This document shows positions 1 through 9,995 of a stretch of DNA of 64,000 nt, one piece after another. This DNA comes from Candidatus Doudnabacteria bacterium (lineage in GTDB: Bacteria; Patescibacteriota; Doudnabacteria; UBA920; O2-02-FULL-48-8): the NCBI GenBank assembly GCA_016186915.1, contig JACPKU010000006.1, positions 249,619-313,618 on the forward strand. Reading direction: 5' to 3'. A program made the position numbers and the translations under genes. Position 1 is the first letter of the stretch; every line of letters begins with the position of its first letter. A model generated the notes under the pieces. The model searched no databases, was not told the DNA's origin, and saw only the letters and a list, made by a program, of their open reading frames with translations.

Positions 1-28
1 CATTCATACACGACTGTATGAATGTATT
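1..28. repeat. Palindromic repeat family A (CATTCATACA-CGAC-TGTATGAATG), solo copy at the alr stop codon
   Basis: Same sequence as 36753-36782, 37281-37310 and 49565-49596; truncated by the window start. Confidence 0.95.
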
Positions 29-1202
29 ATTTAACTAATACTCTTGGCACGGTGGGATTGATACGCGTGACAATCTCATAATTAATCGTGCCGGCGATTA
101 CGGCTAATTCATCCGCGAAAATTTCTTCACGGCCTTGTTTGCCTAAAAGCACGGCTTCACTCCCCGCTTTGGCATTTTTGACCTTGGTGACATCCGCGCT
201 TAATAAATTCATATAAACGCGCCCTCGCACTTTGCATCGTTTACCGTCGATCAACACTTCTGCCAAATTGGAAAATTTTCTGTCATAGCCCTCATAATAA
301 CCTACAGGCAAGATCGCTAATTTAGTCGGTTTGGGCGCTCTATAATTCCTGCCGTAACCAACTTACGCCCCTTTGGGAATTTCTTTGACTGCTAACACTT
401 TGGCTTTCCATGTCAATGCTGGCTGCAAATTAAATCCGGGATTGGCTTTCTGAATCAAGGAATGAATCGATTTATAAGATTGCAAGCCGTAAAGACCAAT
501 GCCGATTCTTACTAAATCGAAATGACTTTCAGGCACGGACAGCGCAGACGCGGTGCAAGCAATATGCTTAACCGGAATAAAAATCAAATTTTGTTCCAAG
601 GCTTCGATAATGCTTCGGAAATGATTGAGCTGAATGACCGTAAAAGCCGGATCGTCTTCCGAAGAAGCAAAATGACTAAATATACCTTCTATTTCCAGTT
701 GTGAAAATTTGCTGACCTGCTTCACAAATCCCACGGCGTCTTTCGCGTACACGCCCAAACGGGATAATCCCGTGCCGACTTTGATATGCACTTTGGCCTT
801 TTTCTTGAGCTTGCTGGCTGTTTCTGCAATCAACTTGGCCTGTTTGAGATCATAAACCACTAAGGCAATATGGCGCTCAATCAAAGACTTAACTTGATCT
901 GCCCTGTAGTAATTTAAAACCAAGATCGGCTTCTTAATCCCAAATTGTCGCAGCGTCAACGCTTCCGTGCCATTGGCCGTGCCGAACGAATCCACGTAAT
1001 CTTCCAAAGTCGAGCTAACTGCGAACGCGCCGTGGCCATAGGCATTGCTTTTCACCACTGCCATCAAAGAAACCCGCCCACTCTTGGTGGGCGAGGCTCG
1101 TCCCAACTTCGTTGGGGCGGCAATCAACACTTTCCGTAACTGCTTCGCGTTATGAATCAGCGCTGATTTAGAAATTTCAACCCAAGAGAGCGATGCATTC
1201 AT
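27..1202 (-). pseudogene. alr: Alanine racemase interrupted by an in-frame TAA at 363-365
   Basis: AVVKSNAYGHG PLP-lysine motif; ORFs 363..1202 and 27..311 share one frame, reading KEIPKGA*VGYGRNY...LPVGYYEGY; could be a sequencing error. Confidence 0.85.
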
Positions 1203-1608
1203 TTTTTAAAATTCCAGTTACAAGTTCGCAGTCAGCAGGAACCAATTCTTGAATATTTTTATGTCAATGATTCGAATGTTCAAAGTGTCGCAAGGCATCT
1301 TGTCTGTTCATCCCGTAAACAATTTTTCTGATTTTCTCCCACATCGCGGCTCCGGTACACATCATACAGGGCTCACAGGTGGAATATAGTATGCAGCCGG
1401 GTAAATGTTTGGTTCCTAAGACTTTACACGCTTCGCTGATCGCTTTAATTTCCGCATGTCTCGTGCCGTCCTGTTCTTCCTCAGTCGTGGAGTAGGCCTT
1501 GGCGACGACCTCACCATCTTTTACCACCACGGCGCCAAACTTTTTCGGTCCCTTACTTTTCTTTGCTTCCTCAATAGCCAGCTTCATGAACTCTTCATCG
1601 CGGGTCAT
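1177..1608 (-). pseudogene. Zn-dependent nucleoside/tRNA deaminase (TadA/guanine deaminase family) with an in-frame TGA at 1264-1266
   Basis: HAE and EPCMMC motifs; the frame continues past TGA as HKNIQELVPADCELVTGILKNECIALLG*, a typical family C-terminus. Confidence 0.75.
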
Positions 1609-1620
1609 ATCACTTGTCCG

Positions 1621-2928
1621 TTAAGATTTTTTAATCGTGTCAAATCCAATATATTCTTGCAACACTTTTGGCACTTTCACCGAACCGTCTTTTTGCTGGT
1701 TGTTTTCCATAATCGCCACAAGCGTTCTGGGCATTGCAATTGCGGTTGCGTCATTGGTGTGCACATACTCAGTGGTACCATCTTTTTTACGAAAACGAAT
1801 GTTTAGGCTTCGAGCCTGGTAATTCGTAACGTAATCAGCGCTGTGCGTCTCTCGATATCTTCCTTGCGATGGAATCCAGGTTTCCAAATCCATTTGTCTG
1901 GCATCAGGTTTGGCCATATCGCCCGTGCAATTCAAAACCACCTGATAAGCAAGGTCCAGGGACTGCATAATATACTCTTGAGTCGCGACTAAAAATAAAT
2001 GCTCATTCAAACCGTCCTCAGGCTTCGTAAACGACTCCATTTCAATCTTATCAAACTGATGCACCCGAATCATCCCTTTGGTGTCTTTACCGTATGATCC
2101 TGCTTCTCTGCGAAAGGCAGTGCTGATTGCCGCGTAGCGGATAGGCAAACTTTCTTCTTTCAAGGTCTCGTCCATATGCATAGGCACCAGAGTGTGTTCG
2201 GCGCTGCCGATCAAATACTTATCATCTGAATTGATATAAAACTTGTCCTCTTTGTCAGCCTCGGTCAATCGAGTGGTCCTTTTGTATACTTCTGGCTTAA
2301 TCATCACGGGCGGAAAAACAGGGATAAATGGTTTGGGGTTGACCTTCAGTTTGGCAGCACGAGCGATCTTCTCAAGCTCGGAACTGTTGGTCAAAATTTT
2401 AAAAACGTGGTGAGTTAGGGCCAGTTCAATTTGTGCCATGCCACCCTTCCAGTATCCAAACCTGGCTCCTGCTACCTTGCTGGCTCTCTCCATATCCAAA
2501 ACATTTAGGTCAGCGCCCAGCTGCAAGTGATCTTTGATCTCAAAATCAAAATTTTTGGGCTTGCCTACTTTTTTAACAACCTCATTTTCAGTTTCGTCTT
2601 TTCCCACAGGCACATCTGGAAGAGGCACATTCGGAACCTGTCGCATGGTTTCAAGCCATTGATCTTGAATCTCTTTCAATTCCAACTCAAACTTTGCTGA
2701 GCTTTCCTTTAGCTTTTTGCCCTCTTTCACGAGCTTATCGTCCTTGCCTTTTTTCAAGGTTTGGGCAATCTCGTTCCTGCGGGACCGGATAGCTTCTGTT
2801 TCAACAATCAGCTTACGCCGCTGATCGTCTAGACTGATCAGATGATCAAGATTAACATTTAATTGTTTGTCTTGAATGGCTTTTTTTACTACTTCTTGAT
2901 TGTCGCGGATGAATTTGATATCGAGCAT
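1621..2928 (-). CDS. serS: Seryl-tRNA synthetase
   Basis: MLDIKFIR N-terminus, FRREAGSYGKDT.G..RVHQF motif 2. Confidence 0.98.
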   Translation of the reverse strand: MLDIKFIRDNQEVVKKAIQDKQLNVNLDHLISLDDQRRKLIVETEAIRSRRNEIAQTLKKGKDDKLVKEGKKLKESSAKFELELKEIQDQWLETMRQVPNVPLPDVPVGKDETENEVVKKVGKPKNFDFEIKDHLQLGADLNVLDMERASKVAGARFGYWKGGMAQIELALTHHVFKILTNSSELEKIARAAKLKVNPKPFIPVFPPVMIKPEVYKRTTRLTEADKEDKFYINSDDKYLIGSAEHTLVPMHMDETLKEESLPIRYAAISTAFRREAGSYGKDTKGMIRVHQFDKIEMESFTKPEDGLNEHLFLVATQEYIMQSLDLAYQVVLNCTGDMAKPDARQMDLETWIPSQGRYRETHSADYVTNYQARSLNIRFRKKDGTTEYVHTNDATAIAMPRTLVAIMENNQQKDGSVKVPKVLQEYIGFDTIKKS

Positions 2929-2931
2929 AAT

Positions 2932-3528
2932 TTATTTTTTTGCTAATTCTCTTAACACGTCATGTAATTTTTCTAAGGCGTGTTTTCTGTGATCCAAAAC
3001 CCTTTCTTCTTCTTCATTAACTTCGCACCAATACTTATTATAATTCGGAAGGTATGTAACAGATCGATAAGGATAATGAGCCACGACTTTTTCGGAAGGT
3101 CTATCGGCGATTATTCCCTCAACCCCGCCTTGTGAAGTAAATATACCCAATGGAGTGGCCAGTGCAATGGTAATTGTAAATTTACAAGCCCGTCTATCAT
3201 CCGGAACGTCTTTCATTCGCTTCATGACCTCGCCAATAATTTCTTCGTCATTCATTTCATGTCCCAGCCACCGATGGCTTTTGATCCCTGGCTCACCGTT
3301 CAATGCTTCAATCTCCATACCACCGTCATCAACCAGGCTTGGGATCCCTGATTGCTTAAAATAATACTTCGCCTTGTTTACCGCTTCTTCTTCAAACGTG
3401 TCGCCTTTTTCTTCCGGTGGCTGAATATTCAGCTCTTTTGCAGAAACAACTTCCAAATCAAAATCTTTTAAAAGTTTTTGGTATGTGTTCACTTTTGCCG
3501 AATTCCCTGTGCCTATGAGAATCTTCAT
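2932..3528 (-). CDS. Non-canonical purine NTP pyrophosphatase (Ham1/RdgB family)
   Basis: GTGN..K, EE.G.TFEE.A..KA, DDGG..IEALNGEPG..S.RW, HR..AL motifs. Confidence 0.9.
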   Translation of the reverse strand: MKILIGTGNSAKVNTYQKLLKDFDLEVVSAKELNIQPPEEKGDTFEEEAVNKAKYYFKQSGIPSLVDDGGMEIEALNGEPGIKSHRWLGHEMNDEEIIGEVMKRMKDVPDDRRACKFTITIALATPLGIFTSQGGVEGIIADRPSEKVVAHYPYRSVTYLPNYNKYWCEVNEEEERVLDHRKHALEKLHDVLRELAKK

Positions 3529-4079
3529 AACCCAATTTCCTCTGCACTTTCTTTCATCGCGCCGAGCGAAATCTCGACGAGTTCAGGCAGTTCTAAATTA
3601 ATATAGTCTTTGCAAAGCAGGATAATCTCTCTTTTTACCCCGGCGGCGAAACTTTTCTGTTTGAATTTTTTGAGCACCGAATCCGCAGTTACTGATGCTA
3701 ATTTCTTATCCGGCTGTACCAGTGCTACTGCTGTGATCAGCCCTGACAACTCCTCCACACAATATAGGGTTTTTTCTAACAGCGTTTCTGGTTTAATTCC
3801 ATGATCCCAGTTGTGGACGTAAATTGCTTTAATTATTTCTGGCTTCAGATCAGTTTTTTCCAAAATCTCTTTGGTAACCTTAGTATGGTTGTTAAAATCA
3901 TCCTTGGTTTTCTCCCAATCCAAATCGTGCAATAGTCCGGCCAGTCCCCAATCATCCTTATTCCCTCCAAATTTGACGGCCAGCGCTTTCATCATGGCTT
4001 CCACCGCGATCCCGTGCCTGACGAGATTTATATTCTTTATATGTTCGTTTAAAAGATGTAAGGCTTCATTTCTGTTCAT
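3525..4079 (-). CDS. HD-domain phosphohydrolase
   Basis: H...GLLHDLDWE and KKFK.KSFAAGV.RE motifs. Confidence 0.88.
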   Translation of the reverse strand: MNRNEALHLLNEHIKNINLVRHGIAVEAMMKALAVKFGGNKDDWGLAGLLHDLDWEKTKDDFNNHTKVTKEILEKTDLKPEIIKAIYVHNWDHGIKPETLLEKTLYCVEELSGLITAVALVQPDKKLASVTADSVLKKFKQKSFAAGVKREIILLCKDYINLELPELVEISLGAMKESAEEIGL

Positions 4080-4146
4080 ATACTGTTCCTTTTGCTCCCA
4101 ATGGTCCCGTCTAAAAGCGGGAAATCGACCGAAAAAAGTATCCGAG

Positions 4147-5604
4147 CTACCCCTCTTTCATTGGCGGGAAAATTACAGTCTCGCGCATTGCCTTGTTCAT
4201 GAGCACCGCAAACAGCCGCTCGCTTACCCCGAATCCCACAGCTGGTGGCATGCCATATTCCAACGCCTCGACATAATCCTCATCCATCATTTGCGCTTCC
4301 TTGTCTCCTGCTTCGCGCAGTTTCATCTGCTGCTCAAACCTGGCTTTTTGATCCAGAGGATCGTTCAATTCGGAAAATCCATTGCCCAACTCAGTGCCTG
4401 CTGCCAGAGGTTGAAAACGCAAAACTTTGTTTGAACTCTTAGGGTCGCGTTTAGCCAAAGGCGTGGTTTCAATCGGGTGTCCGACTAAGAAACAAGGCTG
4501 AATCAATTTCGGCCGCACAACTTTTTTATAAATCGCATCAATCAACTTGCCCTTGCCAAGTTTGTCAATACCGCCGATTCCTAACTCTCTTGCCTTTTTA
4601 CGAAGATCACCTTCGTCATTTTTATCTAAATCTAAACCAGTATATTTCTTAAATACTGTAAAGTATTGAAGTTTTTGCCACTTGCCGCCCCAATTAATTT
4701 TCTGCCCTTCGTATTCGGTTTCCATACTACCAATCACAGCCATCACCACTTTTTTAAATAATTTCTCCACCAACTTCATGCCATCCTGATAATCAGCGTA
4801 AGCCCAGTAAAATTCCATGTCATCATATTCTTGCAAGTGTTCGCGATCAATACCTTCGTTGCGAAACAGCCTGCCGACTTCAAAAACTTTTTCGAAACCG
4901 CCAACCAGCAATCTTTTAAGCGGCAATTCCAAAGAAATGCGCAAATAAAAATCGCGATCCAATTTATTGTGATGCGTAACAAACGGCTCCGCGTCCGCGC
5001 CTCCAGGGATGTTTTCCAAAACAGGCGTCCAGACTTCCAAGAAGCCTTGCTTGATCATGAAATTTCGGATGGTTTGCCAAAACACGGCCTTCTTTCGAAA
5101 CAACTCTTTCGTTTCCGGATTAACTAATAAATCTAAATATCGTTTGCGCAGCCTGGTTTCCACATCCTTCAAGCCAAAAAAATCCGAAGGGATGGGACGG
5201 ATAGATTTAGTGAGTAGTTTGTAGTTTGTAGTGAGTAGAGACTTTTCTCCGGAATTGGACAAACCAAGCGTACCAGTTGCCTCCAAAAAATCACCGATAT
5301 CCAACAACGACAAATTTTTATACTGGTCCGCACCCAAACCGTCTTCCTTTAAAATCAACTGGATAGCCCCGCTTTCGTCTTCCAAATTTATGAAAGCCAA
5401 CTTGCCATGTTCGCGCAGCGCCCGAATGCGCCCGACTAATGTCACGTGATCCGTGTTACGTGATCCGTGATCAAAAAGTTCTAAGGCTTGTGCAATGGCG
5501 TGCGTTCGTTCAGTCTTAACCGGATAAGGATCAACCCCTTGTTTTTTTAGTTGTCCTAATTTTTGTATCCGAACTTTCCTAAGTTCTTCTATTTTTTCTG
5601 ACAT
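4147..5604 (-). CDS. lysS: Lysyl-tRNA synthetase (class II)
   Basis: YLRISLELPLKRLLVGG, FRNEGID, ALEYGMPP motifs. Confidence 0.98.
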   Translation of the reverse strand: MSEKIEELRKVRIQKLGQLKKQGVDPYPVKTERTHAIAQALELFDHGSRNTDHVTLVGRIRALREHGKLAFINLEDESGAIQLILKEDGLGADQYKNLSLLDIGDFLEATGTLGLSNSGEKSLLTTNYKLLTKSIRPIPSDFFGLKDVETRLRKRYLDLLVNPETKELFRKKAVFWQTIRNFMIKQGFLEVWTPVLENIPGGADAEPFVTHHNKLDRDFYLRISLELPLKRLLVGGFEKVFEVGRLFRNEGIDREHLQEYDDMEFYWAYADYQDGMKLVEKLFKKVVMAVIGSMETEYEGQKINWGGKWQKLQYFTVFKKYTGLDLDKNDEGDLRKKARELGIGGIDKLGKGKLIDAIYKKVVRPKLIQPCFLVGHPIETTPLAKRDPKSSNKVLRFQPLAAGTELGNGFSELNDPLDQKARFEQQMKLREAGDKEAQMMDEDYVEALEYGMPPAVGFGVSERLFAVLMNKAMRETVIFPPMKEG

Positions 5605-5740
5605 AATTCCTGATGCATATTACTTGGCTTTAATTATACCATAAATCTTCAGTATCACCAAAAAAACGAGATAATATTAATATAAAAGATAATAATATGT
5701 GGCGCTATTGATGTTGATGTTAGTTGATGTTATTTTAGAA

Positions 5741-5768
5741 TACAATTATCCCGATCGGGATTTTTATA
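5741..5768. repeat. Palindromic direct repeat B, downstream copy (TACAATTATCCCGATCGGGATTTTTATA)
   Basis: Identical 28-bp copy at 6356-6383; perfect 14-bp core palindrome ATCCCGATCGGGAT. Confidence 0.95.
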
Positions 5769-5774
5769 ATCGGA

Positions 5775-6353
5775 CTAAACCTTTCTGAGGTTAAATTTTT
5801 CTAATAAATCCTTTTGAATATCAATGTTTTCAGCTATAATCATTCTGACAAATGATCTGACTTCATAAATCTCCTTTAAGAAATCGAGCTCGTCTTCGCA
5901 GGGATAAGGGTACACCCAAACACTCTTTTGAATGGAGGTGAATCCAAGTTCTTTCAGCTTACCTCTAAAAAATTTTCTTGCTGCGCTAAATTTCTCTGGA
6001 ACGTCAAAAATAACCACCCTCCACTTACCATCCCATCGCCTTGGCTTACTTATCACCATTTCATCTAAATTATAACTTAAAAGTCTTTGATGACCATTTT
6101 TTGTTACCTCAACTATTGTTTTTCCCGCATGATTGGACACAGAGATCAGATTCTGCTTTTCAAGATTTCGGAAAGATTGTTCAATTTGCCGGCGATTATA
6201 TTTCTTGAGTCTCTGAAATTCAAATTTACCTAAGCCAAGTTCTTCTGAAAAAATCATTACGCCTAAGGGGCCAGCAACCGGAATAGCTAACATCCCGGCC
6301 GTTGCCACTATTTTTAATATCGTCTTGGCGATTTCTGACCTTTTGGCCTTCAT
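5775..6353 (-). CDS. PaaX-like regulator: winged helix plus Cas2-like ferredoxin-fold C-terminal domain
   Basis: WDGKWRVVIFDVPE...R.KLKELGF..IQKSVWVYPY motif; paralog of 13662..14228. Confidence 0.85.
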   Translation of the reverse strand: MKAKRSEIAKTILKIVATAGMLAIPVAGPLGVMIFSEELGLGKFEFQRLKKYNRRQIEQSFRNLEKQNLISVSNHAGKTIVEVTKNGHQRLLSYNLDEMVISKPRRWDGKWRVVIFDVPEKFSAARKFFRGKLKELGFTSIQKSVWVYPYPCEDELDFLKEIYEVRSFVRMIIAENIDIQKDLLEKFNLRKV

Positions 6354-6355
6354 AT

Positions 6356-6383
6356 TACAATTATCCCGATCGGGATTTTTATA
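6356..6383. repeat. Palindromic direct repeat B, upstream copy, 2 bp before the ATG
   Basis: Identical to 5741-5768. Confidence 0.95.
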
Positions 6384-6436
6384 TTATAGATCGCTGTACA
6401 AGCGATCTATAAATCTATAATTTTTTTAAATTCTTT

Positions 6437-6898
6437 TCACTCTATCGACACCACTTCATATTCGGTTTCGCCCATGGGGGTTTTCACGCTGACCTTGCTG
6501 CCATTTTTCGCGCCCAACAAAGATTTGCCAACCAGAGATTCGTTGGAGATGCGCCCCGCCGCGGGATTGGCTTCGTTCGATCCAACGATTGTATATTTTA
6601 CTTTTGTACCGTTGGTCTGTAATACCACCGTACAACCGATGGTGACTTCTTCACGGTTCTTATCGTGAGTAATCAGTTCTGCGTTTTTTATCATTTCCTC
6701 CAGCTCCTTGATTCTGCCCTCGATAAATGACTGCTCTTCCTTCGCCTGCGCGTAGTCCGCATTCTCGGATAAATCTCCATGCGAAACAGCTTCCTGAATT
6801 CTCTCAATCACTTCTTTGCGCCGTTCATCTTTAAGGATGCGCAACTCATCCTTTAATTTTTTTAGCCCGTCTTCGGTTAACAATACTTTTTTTTGCAT
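6437..6898 (-). CDS. greA: Transcription elongation factor GreA
   Basis: HGDLSENADY, IS.ES.VGK.LLG motifs. Confidence 0.97.
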   Translation of the reverse strand: MQKKVLLTEDGLKKLKDELRILKDERRKEVIERIQEAVSHGDLSENADYAQAKEEQSFIEGRIKELEEMIKNAELITHDKNREEVTIGCTVVLQTNGTKVKYTIVGSNEANPAAGRISNESLVGKSLLGAKNGSKVSVKTPMGETEYEVVSIE

Positions 6899-6953
6899 AA
6901 ATATAAACCTTTTTAAAAACCCCTGATCAACGTGGGATTTTTAATGTGCAGCA

Positions 6954-6982
6954 ATATTATGTTAATTCTACTTTTTTGTCAA
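6954..6982 (-). promoter_or_regulatory. Putative sigma70 promoter of greA (TTGACA-17-TAATAT)
   Basis: Consensus -35 directly abutting the hairpin element that starts at 6983. Confidence 0.55.
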
Positions 6983-7126
6983 CCAGGTAGTGAAAATTTG
7001 ATTGGGATAGAAAATCTACACTGACAGCTGAATATAAACCTGGCTGATGATAAAGATTTGATTAGTTGCCTTAAGCTTTAAGTTGTCCCCACTTTGCGGG
7101 ACAACTATCAAATTTCTACTACTTGG
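6983..7126. mobile_element. Miniature inverted-repeat element, family C copy 1 (CCAGGTAGTGAAAATTTG...CAAATTTCTACTACTTGG)
   Basis: ~20-bp imperfect terminal inverted repeats shared with 23084-23187; TCAA on both flanks (possible target duplication). Confidence 0.7.
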
Positions 7127-7514
7127 TCAAGCTCTTCTTTTTCTTATTCTGCAAAAAAGCTTTAATTTCAGCTAAATCTTTTTTAATCTCCACGATTTGG
7201 TGTTCTGCTTTCAAGTCTGTTTCATAATCCAGTTCGGCCCGCAATCGGTCTTTCTTCTCCATTCTGTTCTGACTCATTAAAATTATTGGGGCTTGAACGG
7301 CCGCGGCAACGGAAAGAAATAAGTTGAGCAAGATAAAAGGGTAGGGGTCCCACTTTAGCTCGATAGCAGCCACATTTAGAGCTATCCAAATCAGCATAAA
7401 AAAACCTAACAGCAAAATAAAACGCCAGCTCCCCACAAAAACAGAAAGCGCGTCAGCGGATTTTTCTGCCAAGGACATTTTTTCTTTGTGAAGCTGATTT
7501 AAATTTTTAACCAT
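7119..7514 (-). CDS. DUF1003-family membrane protein
   Basis: GSW.FI, DPYPFILLNLFLS..AA.QAPIILMSQNR; stop codon lies inside the element C end. Confidence 0.9.
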   Translation of the reverse strand: MVKNLNQLHKEKMSLAEKSADALSVFVGSWRFILLLGFFMLIWIALNVAAIELKWDPYPFILLNLFLSVAAAVQAPIILMSQNRMEKKDRLRAELDYETDLKAEHQIVEIKKDLAEIKAFLQNKKKKSLTK

Positions 7515-7567
7515 ATTTTATGCTATTAGCTTATACTCGAAAAAATATTAAGTCAAACCTTTGCCTG

Positions 7568-9490
7568 TTAACGATTTTCTGCCCACCACTGGTAAACCTC
7601 GCGGGCCACTGGCACGGCCGCTGAACCGCCCTCGCCGCCTGCTTCAACTAAAATAGTGAGCGCAATCTGTGGATTGGAGGCTGGCGCATATGAAGTAAAC
7701 CAGGCGTGAGTAAGATTTGAATTTTGAGAACTAAATTGAGCCGTACCGGTTTTCCCCGCCACCTCGATCGGTAAAGAATTTAGAGATGCCGCACTCCCGG
7801 CTGTCACGGTCTGCCTCATGGCCCTTTGGATTGTCTGGACAATTCCCGAATCCAAAAAATTCTCTTTAATCACCTTCGGTTCAACCTCTGCCAAAACGTT
7901 ACCTGCTGAATCAGTCACGCTGTCTAAAATATACGGCTGCATAATCTTCCCTCCGTTGGCTATGGTTGCAGTAAGATTATTCAGCTGAACCGGAGTAATC
8001 AGCAAGTCTCCTTGTCCGATGGCGAAATGGTAGGTGTTGCCCAAAAACCACCGCTCGCCTCGGGTTTGAAGTTTCCACTTAGGATCCGGAACCAGCCCGA
8101 ATCTTTCGTTGGGCAAATCTATTCCGGTTTTTTCGCCGAAATTGAATTTTCGATACCACTCGGCAAGCTTGTCCGGACCTAAACCTGCTATCTCAGTTTT
8201 GGGATTCCCTCCACCAACGGTATAAAAATAAATATCAGAAGATCTGGCGATCGCAGAATAGATGTCCATCAGACCCAAACCTGACCTGTCATAGCCATAA
8301 TAGTTAAAACTGCCAATTTGGATCACGCCATCATCTAAAATTTTCGTGTTGGGCGTAACCACCCCTTCTGTCAGTGCCGCAATGCCAAGCAAGGGTTTGA
8401 CAGTCGATCCAGGCGGGTAGGCCCCGGCAACCGCGCGATTAAGCAAAGGGATATTAGGATCATTAATCAAGTTAACATATTGGTCTTGCGTCAGGCCTTG
8501 GGCAAAAAGATTGCTGTCGAAGGAAGGCAGAGAGACCAAGGCTAAAATTTCGCCAGTGTTCGGGTCTTGCGCCACGGCCGCGGCCTTCCGCGAGCTGGTT
8601 CTTGCTGTGCCCTTAACCAAACTTTCATACAAAACCCTCTGCAGCTCGCCATCGATATTGAGTTTGAGGTTGTTCCCCGGCTCTGCCTCTATCTGGCCTA
8701 AGCCTCGCTTAAAATTCCCGTTGACGTCTATTTCAAACTGATTTCTGCCGGCTGTTCCTCGCAGATAATTTTCGTATTGAGCTTCAATTCCTGTTTTGCC
8801 AATGTAGTCATTAATCAAATAGTTTTGGTCTCTATACCGCGCCAGCTCTTCTGCCGTGATTTTGCCGGTATATCCGACCAGATGAGCGTACATCTCTGCC
8901 TGTTTATAGTCTCTTACTGGATTGTTTTGGACCTCAAACCCGGCCAGTTCATTTTGCTTGCTGATAAGAATCAAGGCTTTGTCTTTCGACACGCTGCTGT
9001 CGATTACCTGCGGCTGAATGTTCGTTTCGTTAATTGCTTTAAATTTTTCCAGCAGTTCTGCTTCGGTTTTTCCCAAAATTGCCGCGATTGTCCTGATGCT
9101 GGCTTCACGCTCTTCCACGCTCAGAGGCAAGTTCGGAGCCACCACGACCAGTTCAAAGCTTGGAATGTTGTTCGCAATGACATTGTTGGAACGGTCAACA
9201 ATCAGGCCTCTGGGCGCTAATATATATTGAGTTCTAAGTTTGTTGCCCTCGGCGAGATCTCGATATTCTTCCCCCTTGACCCCTTGAAGGAAAAAAATAC
9301 GGACGACGATTATCAATAAACTGAAAACCACAATTGCCGAAATTGCAGAGTAATTAAGTTTTAGGCGTTCATCATCCACAGGTTCAACACTATCTTCCAA
9401 TTGCGTATCCAAATAAGCTTCATCAAAGCTCAAATTCTTCTTTCGACGAAGGCTTTTGTTTTCTATCCCTTTGATTTCAAACGGATCCAT
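7568..9490 (-). CDS. mrdA: Penicillin-binding protein 2
   Basis: YPPGSTVKP (SxxK), SSD (SxN variant), KTGTAQ; follows mreBCD. Confidence 0.95.
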   Translation of the reverse strand: MDPFEIKGIENKSLRRKKNLSFDEAYLDTQLEDSVEPVDDERLKLNYSAISAIVVFSLLIIVVRIFFLQGVKGEEYRDLAEGNKLRTQYILAPRGLIVDRSNNVIANNIPSFELVVVAPNLPLSVEEREASIRTIAAILGKTEAELLEKFKAINETNIQPQVIDSSVSKDKALILISKQNELAGFEVQNNPVRDYKQAEMYAHLVGYTGKITAEELARYRDQNYLINDYIGKTGIEAQYENYLRGTAGRNQFEIDVNGNFKRGLGQIEAEPGNNLKLNIDGELQRVLYESLVKGTARTSSRKAAAVAQDPNTGEILALVSLPSFDSNLFAQGLTQDQYVNLINDPNIPLLNRAVAGAYPPGSTVKPLLGIAALTEGVVTPNTKILDDGVIQIGSFNYYGYDRSGLGLMDIYSAIARSSDIYFYTVGGGNPKTEIAGLGPDKLAEWYRKFNFGEKTGIDLPNERFGLVPDPKWKLQTRGERWFLGNTYHFAIGQGDLLITPVQLNNLTATIANGGKIMQPYILDSVTDSAGNVLAEVEPKVIKENFLDSGIVQTIQRAMRQTVTAGSAASLNSLPIEVAGKTGTAQFSSQNSNLTHAWFTSYAPASNPQIALTILVEAGGEGGSAAVPVAREVYQWWAENR

Positions 9491-9995
9491 GTTTTTCTTT
9501 AATTACCTTTTGTAAAAAGAAATAGTAATACATTATCGGATAGGTAAACAGAAGATTAAGCAGCATATCAGCCCAAACCTTTTTTCCCAACAAAAAACCA
9601 AGCTGGAATTCATAAGCTAGATGAAAAATTTGGAAAATCTGATTCACCAGCCAGGTCAATACAACAAAAACAATAGTGGCCGCTCCCACAGAACCAAGCA
9701 TAATTTTGAAGTCGTTTTCTGTGGAAAAAAACCAAGCAACCGACAAACGGACCATTACTATGCTTAATATTAAACTTATTGCCAACAACCCGTCCGGCAA
9801 CCCAGAGGCAAAATCAAGCATTAAGGCGGAGATTATGAGAGTCACGCCAAGCTCTTTTTCCCCGCCGAATATGGCCGTAAGTGTGGCAAAAATTAATAAT
9901 AGGTTGACCGAGCCGAATGTGACTAGCAAGCTATTGAACGCGGCCTGCAGAATAATTAGTAGAAACAGGGCGAGAAAAATGATTAGCCACCTCAT
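9477..9995 (-). CDS. mreD: Rod shape-determining protein MreD (divergent)
   Basis: Multi-TM 172 aa between mreC and pbp2; LMLDFASGLP.G motif. Confidence 0.75.
   Translation of the reverse strand: MRWLIIFLALFLLIILQAAFNSLLVTFGSVNLLLIFATLTAIFGGEKELGVTLIISALMLDFASGLPDGLLAISLILSIVMVRLSVAWFFSTENDFKIMLGSVGAATIVFVVLTWLVNQIFQIFHLAYEFQLGFLLGKKVWADMLLNLLFTYPIMYYYFFLQKVIKEKHGSV

Noticed and set aside
1264-1266. UGA recoding (genetic code 25 or 4)
   Set aside because: Many conserved genes end at TGA at the expected length (for example greA and rpsJ), other genes have no internal TGA, and the alr interruption is TAA.
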